Below are positions 49,595 through 58,424 of a stretch of DNA of 64,000 nt, one piece after another; positions within the stretch are counted from its first letter, which is position 1; every line of letters starts with the position of its first letter. The notes beneath the pieces were generated by a model. The model worked only from the letters and a program-made list of their open reading frames with translations, made no database searches and had not been told where the DNA came from. The stretch comes from a virus. The position numbers and the translations under genes are program-made. Location: positions 33,309-97,308 of the IMG/VR virus record IMGVR_UViG_3300000651_000003, one strand, 5' to 3'.

Positions 49595-50166
49595 ACCAAA
49601 AACCAGACATCGAGCACCAATACGACCTGTTAAAGATGTCGATAGCTGACACCTTGATTGCCCTCGGCCTCAATATTGAGTCTGAGGGGCTTAAACGAAC
49701 GCCGGCTCGCATAGCCAAGTTCTATCTTGAGTTCCTGCGACCCCCAGACTTCGAATTCACCGTATTCGACAATGATGGCAGCGACGAGATGGTAATCCAG
49801 AGTGACATAGAGTTTGCCAGTCTCTGCGAGCACCACGGCCTACCATTTATCGGCGCCGCAGCGATCGCATACATACCAGACGGTAAAATTGTAGGCTTGT
49901 CGAAGCTGGCTCGGTGCCTTGATACTTATGCTCGTAGGTTCCAAAATCAGGAACGCATTACCCGGCAAGTTGCTGATGCATTACAAGAGGCGTTGAATCC
50001 AAAAGGAGTCGCTGTTGTACTTAAGGCCCGGCACTTCTGCATCGAGATTCGCGGAGTGAGAAAGCGCGGTTCAATCACTACTACATCTTGTCTGACAGGA
50101 GTATTTAAAAACGACCCGGCTTGCCGCAATGAATTTCTATCACTAGCACGAGGAATGAGAATATGA
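49579..50166 (+). CDS. folE: GTP cyclohydrolase I
   Basis: TPAR, SLCEHH.LPF, VGLSKLAR, Q.QERIT, H.C...RGV. Confidence 0.96.
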   Translation: MADTINQKPDIEHQYDLLKMSIADTLIALGLNIESEGLKRTPARIAKFYLEFLRPPDFEFTVFDNDGSDEMVIQSDIEFASLCEHHGLPFIGAAAIAYIPDGKIVGLSKLARCLDTYARRFQNQERITRQVADALQEALNPKGVAVVLKARHFCIEIRGVRKRGSITTTSCLTGVFKNDPACRNEFLSLARGMRI

Positions 50167-50885
50167 GTACCCCAGAAACTGTGGCCCTAGAGCTTGACGA
50201 ACCAACTACCAACATCGACAAAATCCACCCGGAGTTAAGGCAGTTCGCCAAACCAATGGAGGACTTAATCCCTGACCCGGAGAACGCCAACAAGCACGAC
50301 GCCCGCAACCTGAAAATGATTGCCGAGAGTCTTATCCGGTTTGGTCAAGTAGTGTTGCTCAAGGTCAATCGAGAAACCAACTTCATCGAAAAAGGTAACG
50401 GCACCTACATGGCAGCCAAAATGCTTGGTTGGACTCAGCTTGCTGCAATATGGTCAGACTTAGATAGGACAGAAGCGATCGCATACGGTTTGATTGATAA
50501 TCGCTGTGGGCAGACATCTCGCCCCGACTATGCGCAGACAGGAAAGCACCTTAGGGAGTTGAAAGAGGCTGACTACGAGATGATGCAATTTTGGACTCCG
50601 GAAGAGGCGCTGCCACTCGTTAGAGGGGAGTTTGTCAAGCCGGAAATCAGTGACGAGAAGTTTGACTCAGGGTTGCAGCGTGGTAGGCCGATATCGAAAA
50701 TCTCAGCTAGCGAGCGCATAACTGTAGACCGAGCCATTGCGTTCGTCAGAACCAAGGACAAGCGGTACAAGACCGAAGGCTCGGCCCTTGACTTCATATG
50801 TGGCGAGTTCATGGCATATCATGTCAACGATCTTGACAACGAGACCGAGGACCAAATCGAGCTCGAAGCTCTGTCGTTAGAGTAA
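50163..50885 (+). CDS. ParB/Srx-like N-terminal domain protein
   Basis: L.PDP.NA..H...I..SL..FG...GNG...AA..LGW...DNR. Confidence 0.75.
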   Translation: MSTPETVALELDEPTTNIDKIHPELRQFAKPMEDLIPDPENANKHDARNLKMIAESLIRFGQVVLLKVNRETNFIEKGNGTYMAAKMLGWTQLAAIWSDLDRTEAIAYGLIDNRCGQTSRPDYAQTGKHLRELKEADYEMMQFWTPEEALPLVRGEFVKPEISDEKFDSGLQRGRPISKISASERITVDRAIAFVRTKDKRYKTEGSALDFICGEFMAYHVNDLDNETEDQIELEALSLE

Positions 50886-51038
50886 ACTCATGGTCAGCAT
50901 ATTCAATCGCATACAAAATCTCTGGCGAGGTTCTTGGCTTTATTGTTTTACTCATCACCACGATCCTGTGCATACCATGGATGGCAGGATCTGGTGTAGG
51001 GTTTGTTTGAAATTCAGGTTGCTCTAAAAGGAGGAGAA

Positions 51039-51761
51039 ATGGAACAGGGAAAGGCTGTGGTGCTTCATAGTGGTGGCCTTGACTCCACTACATTGCTTTA
51101 TTACATCAAGGGCATGGGATTCGAAGTTTACCCACTAACGATTTACTATGGCCAGCGGCACAGCCGGGAGATAACGTCGGCTGTTGAGATTTGTGCTACA
51201 ATGGGTATTCCAGAGCGGTTCAGAAAAGTTGACCTCGAGAGTCTGCAAAGCGTAATGCTAGGCAGTAGTCAGACAGACCGCACTGTAGAAGTACCCGAGG
51301 GGCACTACGCAGCAGACAACATGGCGATTACCGTAGTACCGAATCGCAACATGATTCTGCTGGCCGTCGCTACTGCTTATGCAATCAGCATTAAAGCGAA
51401 ACTTGTGGCCTACGCTGCTCACATCGGCGACCATGACCAGTATCCGGATTGCCGACAGGTCTTCATTGACCAATTAGCAGAAGCCATCAAGCTCTGTGAC
51501 AACAACCCACCGTATCTAATTGCACCCTTCAGTGGGTACTCGAAACAGCAGATTGCAGAGCTAGCCAACACTATCGGCGTGCCAATCGAGTTGACTTACT
51601 CATGCTACAAGGGTGAGGAAAAGCATTGTGGTCGTTGCGGGACTTGTGTTGAGAGAGCAGAAGCATTAAGCCTCGCAGGAGTGGAAGATAAGACTCAGTA
51701 CGTGGATGCAGAGTATTGGAAAGCGGTGACCAACCATGCAAATGCACAAGTTTCGCAATAG
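51039..51761 (+). CDS. queC: 7-cyano-7-deazaguanine synthase QueC
   Basis: SGGLDS, YGQRH, VPNRN, YPDCR, SCY...CGRCGTC. Confidence 0.96.
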   Translation: MEQGKAVVLHSGGLDSTTLLYYIKGMGFEVYPLTIYYGQRHSREITSAVEICATMGIPERFRKVDLESLQSVMLGSSQTDRTVEVPEGHYAADNMAITVVPNRNMILLAVATAYAISIKAKLVAYAAHIGDHDQYPDCRQVFIDQLAEAIKLCDNNPPYLIAPFSGYSKQQIAELANTIGVPIELTYSCYKGEEKHCGRCGTCVERAEALSLAGVEDKTQYVDAEYWKAVTNHANAQVSQ

Positions 51762-52515
51762 TCTGTGGTTCGCCATTACTTTGGTTGCATTCTACCTTGG
51801 TGCGATCGTGCTGGCGAACTACCTCATCACAAAATATGGTCAGGTAGCTGTGCCATTTGTGGCATTCGCTCTAATTCCATTTGACTTGATTGCCCGGGAC
51901 TTGATGCAAGACCATTGGAACTGGGTTCCCGGCAGAAGCAGAATGTACGTCGCTGAGAGAATGTCTGTGGTAATAGTGGTAGGTGCTGTCATCTCATATG
52001 CGACGGGAACAGGTTCATTCAGGATAAATGCTGCCTCTTGCTTGGCATTCATGGCAGCTGCCACTATTGACGCGCTGACCTACCAGTGGATGATACGGTA
52101 CGGGCGGATATTCCGCATTAACGCCGCTACCTTTACCGCTGCGGTGACTGACTCGCTCATCTTCGTGTTCATTGCATTCAGCGCAATTAACTGGCAACTA
52201 GTAGGATTGCAGATTGTTATGAAAATCTCGGGAGGGTTTGTCTGGTCATTGCTGCTGTACAAACTTTTTCGGCAGCGCTACGACCGAGTAGAGTTTGTTC
52301 CACCTATGATTTTCAAAAAAGAATACAAACCCACTTTCGACTATGCCCGATTGTTTGCAAAAGAGCGAGTAATCCAAGGTTCGTTTGTTGGTCCAGTGAA
52401 TTGTGGTCTGTGCTCAGGTAGTTCTAATACCGGGTGTCGTTGCCACTCCGCTGAAGGATTAGGCTGCGACATGCTTTGTCACGTAGACTACATTGGCAGG
52501 TTAGTTAGGAGATAA
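51736..52515 (+). CDS. yhhQ: YhhQ/VUT-family preQ0/preQ1 transporter-like membrane protein
   Basis: Multi-TM; IVLAN, DL.ARD, AS..AF, D...Y, DS..F..IAF, K..GG..W. Confidence 0.75.
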   Translation: MQMHKFRNSLWFAITLVAFYLGAIVLANYLITKYGQVAVPFVAFALIPFDLIARDLMQDHWNWVPGRSRMYVAERMSVVIVVGAVISYATGTGSFRINAASCLAFMAAATIDALTYQWMIRYGRIFRINAATFTAAVTDSLIFVFIAFSAINWQLVGLQIVMKISGGFVWSLLLYKLFRQRYDRVEFVPPMIFKKEYKPTFDYARLFAKERVIQGSFVGPVNCGLCSGSSNTGCRCHSAEGLGCDMLCHVDYIGRLVRR

Positions 52516-52518
52516 AGT

Positions 52519-53043
52519 ATGTCAGAAGAAATCAAAGCGAAGAGCGGCAGTGCGTGGGAGTGTGCTATGGTGCCTGCCGAGAAAAGGCGTACACCGGATC
52601 AAATAGCCACTATCGCTGCTTGGGTAATGCAATGCCCGGGTTGGTCACCAGCATGGGACAAATTCTTGTTATGCTGTGTTCACCTTCGACAGATTGAAGG
52701 AGTTAAGCCGGCTGTATTCACTATGCAAGGTGCCACGCATGAGATTATGCTAGTGGCGCTGGACCCAACGTATGCCGCAGACCCCGACGATATATTCTCA
52801 GACAAAACGAGAATACTTCGCCCAATAAACATCGTGCAGCAATTTATCGTCAACAATGACGACCAAGCTATAGAGCTTACGAAAAATGTTGCAATGGCTT
52901 GTATTCAGGGCATATTACCAATCGAACCGCAGGGTATCAGAGGAGCTAGGGAGTACTGGGAAAGCACAATACTTACTACCGCTCAGCACATTCGAGATGG
53001 TTGCTGCTCAGAGGATTCCGCAACTAAAGAGACGATAAATTGA
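52519..53043 (+). CDS. hypothetical protein inside dpd cluster
   Basis: VHLR...ATHE...ALDP motif; between yhhQ-like and dpdA-like genes. Confidence 0.6.
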   Translation: MSEEIKAKSGSAWECAMVPAEKRRTPDQIATIAAWVMQCPGWSPAWDKFLLCCVHLRQIEGVKPAVFTMQGATHEIMLVALDPTYAADPDDIFSDKTRILRPINIVQQFIVNNDDQAIELTKNVAMACIQGILPIEPQGIRGAREYWESTILTTAQHIRDGCCSEDSATKETIN

Positions 53044-53816
53044 CTCAAATATATTTCGCAAGTACTCCCCGGGCTGACCTGCTTGAACTGACACTTGGGC
53101 AGTGGGATTGGGTTGACAAACCACTCAACATTCTAGTGGCGTTTCCTTTCTCGAAAGTGTGGCACTCAGAAAATGAAGAGAAAAACAATTTCTGGCAGTG
53201 CAAGGCGACCATGCTTGACTCGGGCGCATACTCTGCTTGGTCTGCGGGCAAGGAGATTGATATGGATGAACTCTGCAAAGAGGCAGTTCGTACATATACA
53301 AAGCCCGATGGATCGATCCACAAATGCTGGGACGAAGTAGTTGCTTTGGACGTCATCGGCGACGATAAAGCTAGCCTAGTTAATTCATTGGAAATGAAGA
53401 ACCGAGGATTGGAAATAATGCCGGTGTTCCACTTCGGTGACGACTGGGCAATCCTACAGGAATACAAAAGTCAGTTCCATCGCATTGGCATAGCGTCAGG
53501 GCATGGGGCGCCGTTTGCTCAGCGCATCAAGTGGACGAATCAATGTTTCGCCCGGGCCTACCCAGCGAAGTTTCACTCCTTTGGTTGGATTGAAGAACGA
53601 GTGCTGATGGAGTTTCCTTTTGTGACAGCTGACTCCTCGAGTTGGGCTGCCGGCACTCGGTTCGGTGTTTCGAAAATCCACAAAGGTATGCGCATTCCAA
53701 AAAAGAGTGAAGTCGGGGCCAGCAACGCGGACTTAAGGTTTGATTTGTTAGCATACCTCGAGATGCAAGAGAGGTTGGTAGACAGGTGGAAATCTGAGTT
53801 AGCTTGGGCTAACTAA
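53040..53816 (+). CDS. dpdA: DpdA-like guanine transglycosylase (TGT fold), paralog 1
   Basis: LDSGAYS, LDVIGD, PVFH, H.FG, TADSSSW; in que/folE cluster. Confidence 0.8.
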   Translation: MTQIYFASTPRADLLELTLGQWDWVDKPLNILVAFPFSKVWHSENEEKNNFWQCKATMLDSGAYSAWSAGKEIDMDELCKEAVRTYTKPDGSIHKCWDEVVALDVIGDDKASLVNSLEMKNRGLEIMPVFHFGDDWAILQEYKSQFHRIGIASGHGAPFAQRIKWTNQCFARAYPAKFHSFGWIEERVLMEFPFVTADSSSWAAGTRFGVSKIHKGMRIPKKSEVGASNADLRFDLLAYLEMQERLVDRWKSELAWAN

Positions 53817-54041
53817 AAAAAGCTTGGGCCTTCCACAGTGGGCCTGAGAGGGTGCGAGGGTTGGTAGAAGTCGAGGGGTCGATTAGGCCACTCTCGCACT
53901 CCTAAAAAGGGGGAAACGATGTTAAGTTGGCGCAGACTCGGAAGCACAAGAAGCAGAAGCGGTACGGGTTGTCTGGTCCCGATGCTGATTGCAGTTGGGC
54001 TTGTATACGGGATTCTGTTGTACGTGTTGTCGAGAGGCTGA

Positions 54042-54671
54042 ATGGCAAAATATCCTATTTCGATTCAAGATTCGTTGCATGATGGCAAGCTTGGGCCAGC
54101 ATTCGCTAACCTGCTAAAGTTACATGTCAAGCCGTGGCATGAAATTCTTGACCCTACTGCCGGCAGCCGGCTCCTCTGGGAAGGCATACCATTAGACAAA
54201 TACCACGTCTATTTCAGCGATATACAAGGTGATAACGGCAACATCAAAATGGATCTGCGAGAAGCTGGGTTACGATTTGCTCTGGGGTCATTTGATGCAG
54301 TGGTCTTCGACCCACCCTACTTCATTGGTAAATCGAAGACGAAAGACCCGCGAGAGGACAAGTACGGTGGTTATGTGCAGTCATATGAGGAGCTCAGGCA
54401 GTTCATTCAAATGTGCACTCACCCAATCTGGCATCTACTAAAGCCGGGTGGTAAGTTGATTGTGAAATGCAGTGACCAGTACTCAGTGCCTGAAAGAAAA
54501 ATCTATACTCATCATATCGACTGGGCGATCAAGATGCAAGAGCATTACGAAATCGTTGACATAATGATCTACCGACACCATCGCATCAGCCCGACCGCGT
54601 TCCAAGTTAAGAATCGGCCTTGCTCAGTAATCATGCACACATACTTCATCGTTGGGAGAAAAATAGTATGA
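54042..54671 (+). CDS. amino-(N6A/N4C)-type methyltransferase
   Basis: LDPTAGS SAM-binding motif, FDPPY catalytic motif, LKPGG.L..K. Confidence 0.8.
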   Translation: MAKYPISIQDSLHDGKLGPAFANLLKLHVKPWHEILDPTAGSRLLWEGIPLDKYHVYFSDIQGDNGNIKMDLREAGLRFALGSFDAVVFDPPYFIGKSKTKDPREDKYGGYVQSYEELRQFIQMCTHPIWHLLKPGGKLIVKCSDQYSVPERKIYTHHIDWAIKMQEHYEIVDIMIYRHHRISPTAFQVKNRPCSVIMHTYFIVGRKIV

Positions 54672-55513
54672 CTGAGTTATACTTCGCAGCTCCTAACTCA
54701 TTTCACATTCAGCGCGACACCTTCGGTCGCTGGGATTGGTTGAACCCGCTGAATGTTCTCGTGGCTTATGAGCCGAAAGAAGGATTCCTGTCATGGGTGC
54801 AGCGAGGAGCCGGTTGGACTCAGACACCGGGTAAGTTCGATGCCACTCGAGGTCAAGGTTACCAATTCGCTCAGTACCCAGATCCAACTTGCACTCCCGG
54901 GGTCAAAACGATTTTAGATTCAGGAGCATTCAGCGCTTGGAAATCAGGCACTTCTGTCAACTTACAAATGTTGATTGAAGAAGCGAAAAAGCGCTGCCCG
55001 AGATGGGACGAAGTAGTTTCGCTCGACGTGATCGGTGACCCAGTAGAAAGTACATTCAACGCAGTGCAGATGCAGAAAGCCGGTCTGCATGTTATACCGG
55101 TATTTCATTATGGCGAGGACTGGGGCTACCTCGAGGCTTACAAGGATCGGTTTGGCGGCAGAGTGGGTCTGGGCGGAATAGCCACGGGAATCTCAAGTAC
55201 GCAGAAAAGAAAATGGTTGTCACAATGCTTTGCTAGAGCATACCCGGCAAAGTTTCACGGGTTCGGCGTAGCCACCAAAGAATTGCTAATGAAGTTTCCT
55301 TTCTACTCGGTAGACACAGCGTCGTGGCACACCGCACTAAGGTATGGCAGGTCATCTGCGGCCCCGGAAATCAAGCAACCGAAAAAGTCTAGTCTTGATG
55401 GAACTCAGTTCGACGGGTCAGGCTATGACTTGAGATACGAAATAATGGCCTACCTTGAGATGGCTCAAGAGGTGAATGAGCGTTGGAAAGGTGAGTTGTC
55501 GTGGGCACATTAG
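54668..55513 (+). CDS. dpdA: DpdA-like guanine transglycosylase, paralog 2
   Basis: LDSGAFS, LDVIGD, PVFHYGE, GLGG, HGFG, SVDTASW. Confidence 0.8.
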   Translation: MTELYFAAPNSFHIQRDTFGRWDWLNPLNVLVAYEPKEGFLSWVQRGAGWTQTPGKFDATRGQGYQFAQYPDPTCTPGVKTILDSGAFSAWKSGTSVNLQMLIEEAKKRCPRWDEVVSLDVIGDPVESTFNAVQMQKAGLHVIPVFHYGEDWGYLEAYKDRFGGRVGLGGIATGISSTQKRKWLSQCFARAYPAKFHGFGVATKELLMKFPFYSVDTASWHTALRYGRSSAAPEIKQPKKSSLDGTQFDGSGYDLRYEIMAYLEMAQEVNERWKGELSWAH

Positions 55514-55663
55514 TTCAAGTATGCGTGTGTATGAATTGCAACATATATTTCAAAAGAAGGATTCCGACTGCAATCGACGAAGAAGCTATTTTAGTAGAAA
55601 AGTGCCCAAGATGTGAGTCAACAAACTGGATTCCGATGGGAATCGACACAGAGTCCTTAGAAG

Positions 55664-56473
55664 ATGAGATTCCGTCTATACTTCGCCCTGCATAACACTC
55701 CAATGGCAAACGACATGACGTTTGGCCAATGGGATTGGAATGCTCGCCCACTAAACATCCTATGCTCGTTTGCACTCAAAGGTGCTCTGCGATCGTGGAA
55801 AAATCGTCAGTACGAAACCCCCGGGGTAAAGACCATTCTTGACAGCGGTGCATACTCAGCATGGAAATCCGGAACCGATGTAGACTATGATGACTTTATT
55901 TTAGAAGCTATAGAAGAGGGTTGGGACGAAGTGGCCGCATTAGACGTTATTGGGGATCCCGTCAGCAGTCAGGCATGTGCATTCGATATGAAAGTTCAAC
56001 ATCACATTGACACTCTCCCAGTGTTCCACTACGGCGAGCCGTGGGAATACTTGGCTAAGTACAAAGAACATTTCAACAGTCGAGTGGCTATCGGTGGAAT
56101 TGCTGGCATTGGTAAGCAGCAGAAAATCAAATTTGTCGGTCAATGCTTTGCTCGGGCGTATCCTTGTAGCTTCCACGGGTTTGGCGTTGGCGATGAAGAT
56201 GTGTTAATGGAGTTTCCGTTCGCGAGTGCAGACACTGCATCATGGGGATCGGTGCATATGTATGGTCGCAGCATGGCAGCCCCGGGCCTGAAAATACCAA
56301 AGCTTGAGGACGGAGATAGAAATAAGCATTACGACTTAAGATTCGAAGTAGCCGCATTCTGCGAAATGGAAGATCGAGTTCGTGATCGATGGAGCAATGA
56401 GCTCCAAAAATTAGAGTCACTGCTGAACCCTTTAAGTAGTGGGGCGGTGGCAAAAACTCAAAAATCTAGTTGA
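55664..56473 (+). CDS. dpdA: DpdA-like guanine transglycosylase, paralog 3
   Basis: LDSGAYS, LDVIGD, PVFHYGE, AIGG, HGFG, SADTASW. Confidence 0.8.
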   Translation: MRFRLYFALHNTPMANDMTFGQWDWNARPLNILCSFALKGALRSWKNRQYETPGVKTILDSGAYSAWKSGTDVDYDDFILEAIEEGWDEVAALDVIGDPVSSQACAFDMKVQHHIDTLPVFHYGEPWEYLAKYKEHFNSRVAIGGIAGIGKQQKIKFVGQCFARAYPCSFHGFGVGDEDVLMEFPFASADTASWGSVHMYGRSMAAPGLKIPKLEDGDRNKHYDLRFEVAAFCEMEDRVRDRWSNELQKLESLLNPLSSGAVAKTQKSS

Positions 56474-56499
56474 GATTCTATGCTCAAATAGGTTAGACT
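56470..56499 (+). promoter_or_regulatory. promoter TTGAGA-18-TAGACT
   Basis: Matches 39910-39939 including downstream TTAGACTC..G. Confidence 0.5.
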
Positions 56500-56547
56500 C
56501 CGGGCCGTGTTAAGTTGTGTAAAGAGTGATCGAGAAAGGTAGTTGAA

Positions 56548-57321
56548 ATGACAGATCAAGAGAAGCCTGCCCAGCTGTTTGCCCTTGTTGATGTGAGCTC
56601 TACTGAGAATGCTTCATTCCTCAAACGAGCATCACTCAAGGACATTTTAGTTTGGCAGAAGTACTTTGTGGCGGAAGGCAAGGCAGTCAAACGGCTGGAC
56701 TTGATCCATGATTTGGAGACACTTCAATACCTTTTTTGGAACACGACCCAGACGGCCCCTGCAGATACAATCGAAGCTTTGGTGTCTGCCTGCGCCGAGT
56801 TGGCTAACCAAGTGCCGGTAGATGACACTACAAGCATGGAAGAGTTGCTAAATCAACTTCCTGCGAACGGTGGCTCTGCCGACGTAACCAATTTAGAAGA
56901 AGGAGAAACTGTTACAATGGGACAAGGTGCAAAGACAGAAGGAACACTGGAAAAAGGTTCTGCCAAGAAGAAAACCAGTGCGAAGAAGCCTGCTGCGGAT
57001 GCTGCCGAGACTACAAAGCCGGCTGCTGAAGCGAAACCGAAGAAAGAGAAGGACCCGACTGGTCGACCGAGCGAAGGTACTGCAACCCGCAAGGTGTGGG
57101 ATATCGCCGACAAGTTGGCTGAAGCTCAGGGTCATACACCGACTCGTGGCGACGTTATTGATGCGTCAGTCAAGGCTGGTGTCAACAAGGCGACTGCCGG
57201 GGTGCAGTATGGTGCGTGGATGAAGGGAATGAAGCGCGACCCCGCGCCGAAGCCGGTCAAGGAAGTCGAGGCTGCGGAGGAGACTGAGACCGAGGACAAC
57301 GAAGAGGGTGAGGAAGAGTAA
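56548..57321 (+). CDS. putative nucleoid-associated/DNA-binding protein (K/A-rich linker, HTH-like domain, acidic tail)
   Basis: AKKKTSAKKPAA linker; VWDIADK...AGVNKATAGVQY..W; own promoter and terminator. Confidence 0.6.
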   Translation: MTDQEKPAQLFALVDVSSTENASFLKRASLKDILVWQKYFVAEGKAVKRLDLIHDLETLQYLFWNTTQTAPADTIEALVSACAELANQVPVDDTTSMEELLNQLPANGGSADVTNLEEGETVTMGQGAKTEGTLEKGSAKKKTSAKKPAADAAETTKPAAEAKPKKEKDPTGRPSEGTATRKVWDIADKLAEAQGHTPTRGDVIDASVKAGVNKATAGVQYGAWMKGMKRDPAPKPVKEVEAAEETETEDNEEGEEE

Positions 57322-57360
57322 ATCACCGACCTCGTATCTCAGTTCTGAATGAACAACCAT

Positions 57361-57390
57361 ACGGGGTCTCGACATGGGACCCCGTTTTTT
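57361..57390 (+). terminator. intrinsic terminator
   Basis: ACGGGGTCTC / GGGACCCCGT stem followed by TTTTT. Confidence 0.75.
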
Positions 57391-57414
57391 ATCGCCATCG
57401 AATCCCTGTGAGCC

Positions 57415-57861
57415 ATGATAGAACACAAAGGCGATATCTGGACCTTCCGACAACCAGACGATCACGTAGTAATAACAACCAATAATACAATCAGGCGGGA
57501 CGGTGCTCTCGTCATGGGCCGAGGCATAGCCTTAGAGGCCTGTTCAAAATATCCTCGCTTGCAGTTCGAACTCGGCAATCGCATCAGGCAGTTTGGATTG
57601 AGAGTCGAACACATCAGGCCACACAAGTTAATAATCTTCCCAGTAAAATTCCACTACCGAGACTCGGCCGACATAAATCTTATACTTCGCAGTACCCTGC
57701 AATTGTTAACCTTGGCTGAGGAAATTGAAGGTCGCATTCTAATGCCGCGGCCCGGGTGTGGTTACGGTCACTTAGACTGGGCAGAAGTAGGGCCAATGAT
57801 GAATCATTATTTGACGAGCGACAAGTTCATAGTTTTCTCCAAAGACAAGTCTGCGAGGTGA
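57415..57861 (+). CDS. macrodomain ADP-ribose hydrolase-like protein (DarG/TARG1-like)
   Basis: KGDIW, TTN, VMGRGIA, FPVK, PRPGCG.G.LDW. Confidence 0.85.
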   Translation: MIEHKGDIWTFRQPDDHVVITTNNTIRRDGALVMGRGIALEACSKYPRLQFELGNRIRQFGLRVEHIRPHKLIIFPVKFHYRDSADINLILRSTLQLLTLAEEIEGRILMPRPGCGYGHLDWAEVGPMMNHYLTSDKFIVFSKDKSAR

Positions 57862-57947
57862 AATCGGCTCCCTCGCAGTTGCCGCGCTCCCGGGAACGCT
57901 TTTCGGCATGGTGGGTGCGTTCCCGGTCGAGCCGGCTTGACAAAAAG

Positions 57948-58424
57948 ATGAAGCGGTCAGGATTCAAAAAACTATCTTACGAGGATGCCCTTATAAAAGC
58001 AGAGGCTACCCGGGCAGGGCAGAGGGCGAGAGCAGTGGGGAAAGCCCGGGAAAACGCTCGTAAAAGAGTGACTTCTGGCCTGAGAAAGCGGTCACCCAAA
58101 GCACAGGCAAACCAAAGCAGAGAACTAGCATTCACCAAAGCTGTTAGGGAACGAGATAGGTGTATGTGCAGATGGTTCTACCCAGATGGTAGTCGCTGCA
58201 CCTATCAGGATCCTAACATTACCGTTCATCATATCAACGAGCGATCGCAACGTCCAGACGAAAAGTTTAATCCCGACAATGGTGCGTGTATTTGTCCGGA
58301 GCATCACGATTACATGCACCATACCGTAGCAGGCCGAGAGCGTGGGAGGGTTCTTGGCCTGCTTGGTGGCGAGACTTACGAAAAAGCAATGAAAAGGAAA
58401 CGAGATGGAAGCCCTGTCGCTTGA
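57948..58424 (+). CDS. HNH endonuclease
   Basis: RD...C...C...VHHI...DNG..IC..HH. Confidence 0.8.
   Translation: MKRSGFKKLSYEDALIKAEATRAGQRARAVGKARENARKRVTSGLRKRSPKAQANQSRELAFTKAVRERDRCMCRWFYPDGSRCTYQDPNITVHHINERSQRPDEKFNPDNGACICPEHHDYMHHTVAGRERGRVLGLLGGETYEKAMKRKRDGSPVA

Noticed and set aside
51655-51680. EALSLA in QueC as an instance of the peptide tag
   Set aside because: Falls in the ordinary QueC C-terminal helix (ER.EA...AG..D); likely coincidental
53825-53921. preQ1 riboswitch
   Set aside because: Lacks the class I short stem/loop plus A-rich tail consensus; only a generic hairpin is supported
47267-56473. queF, arcS or gat-queC
   Set aside because: No QueF CP..GQPD motif and no glutamine amidotransferase domain in the window
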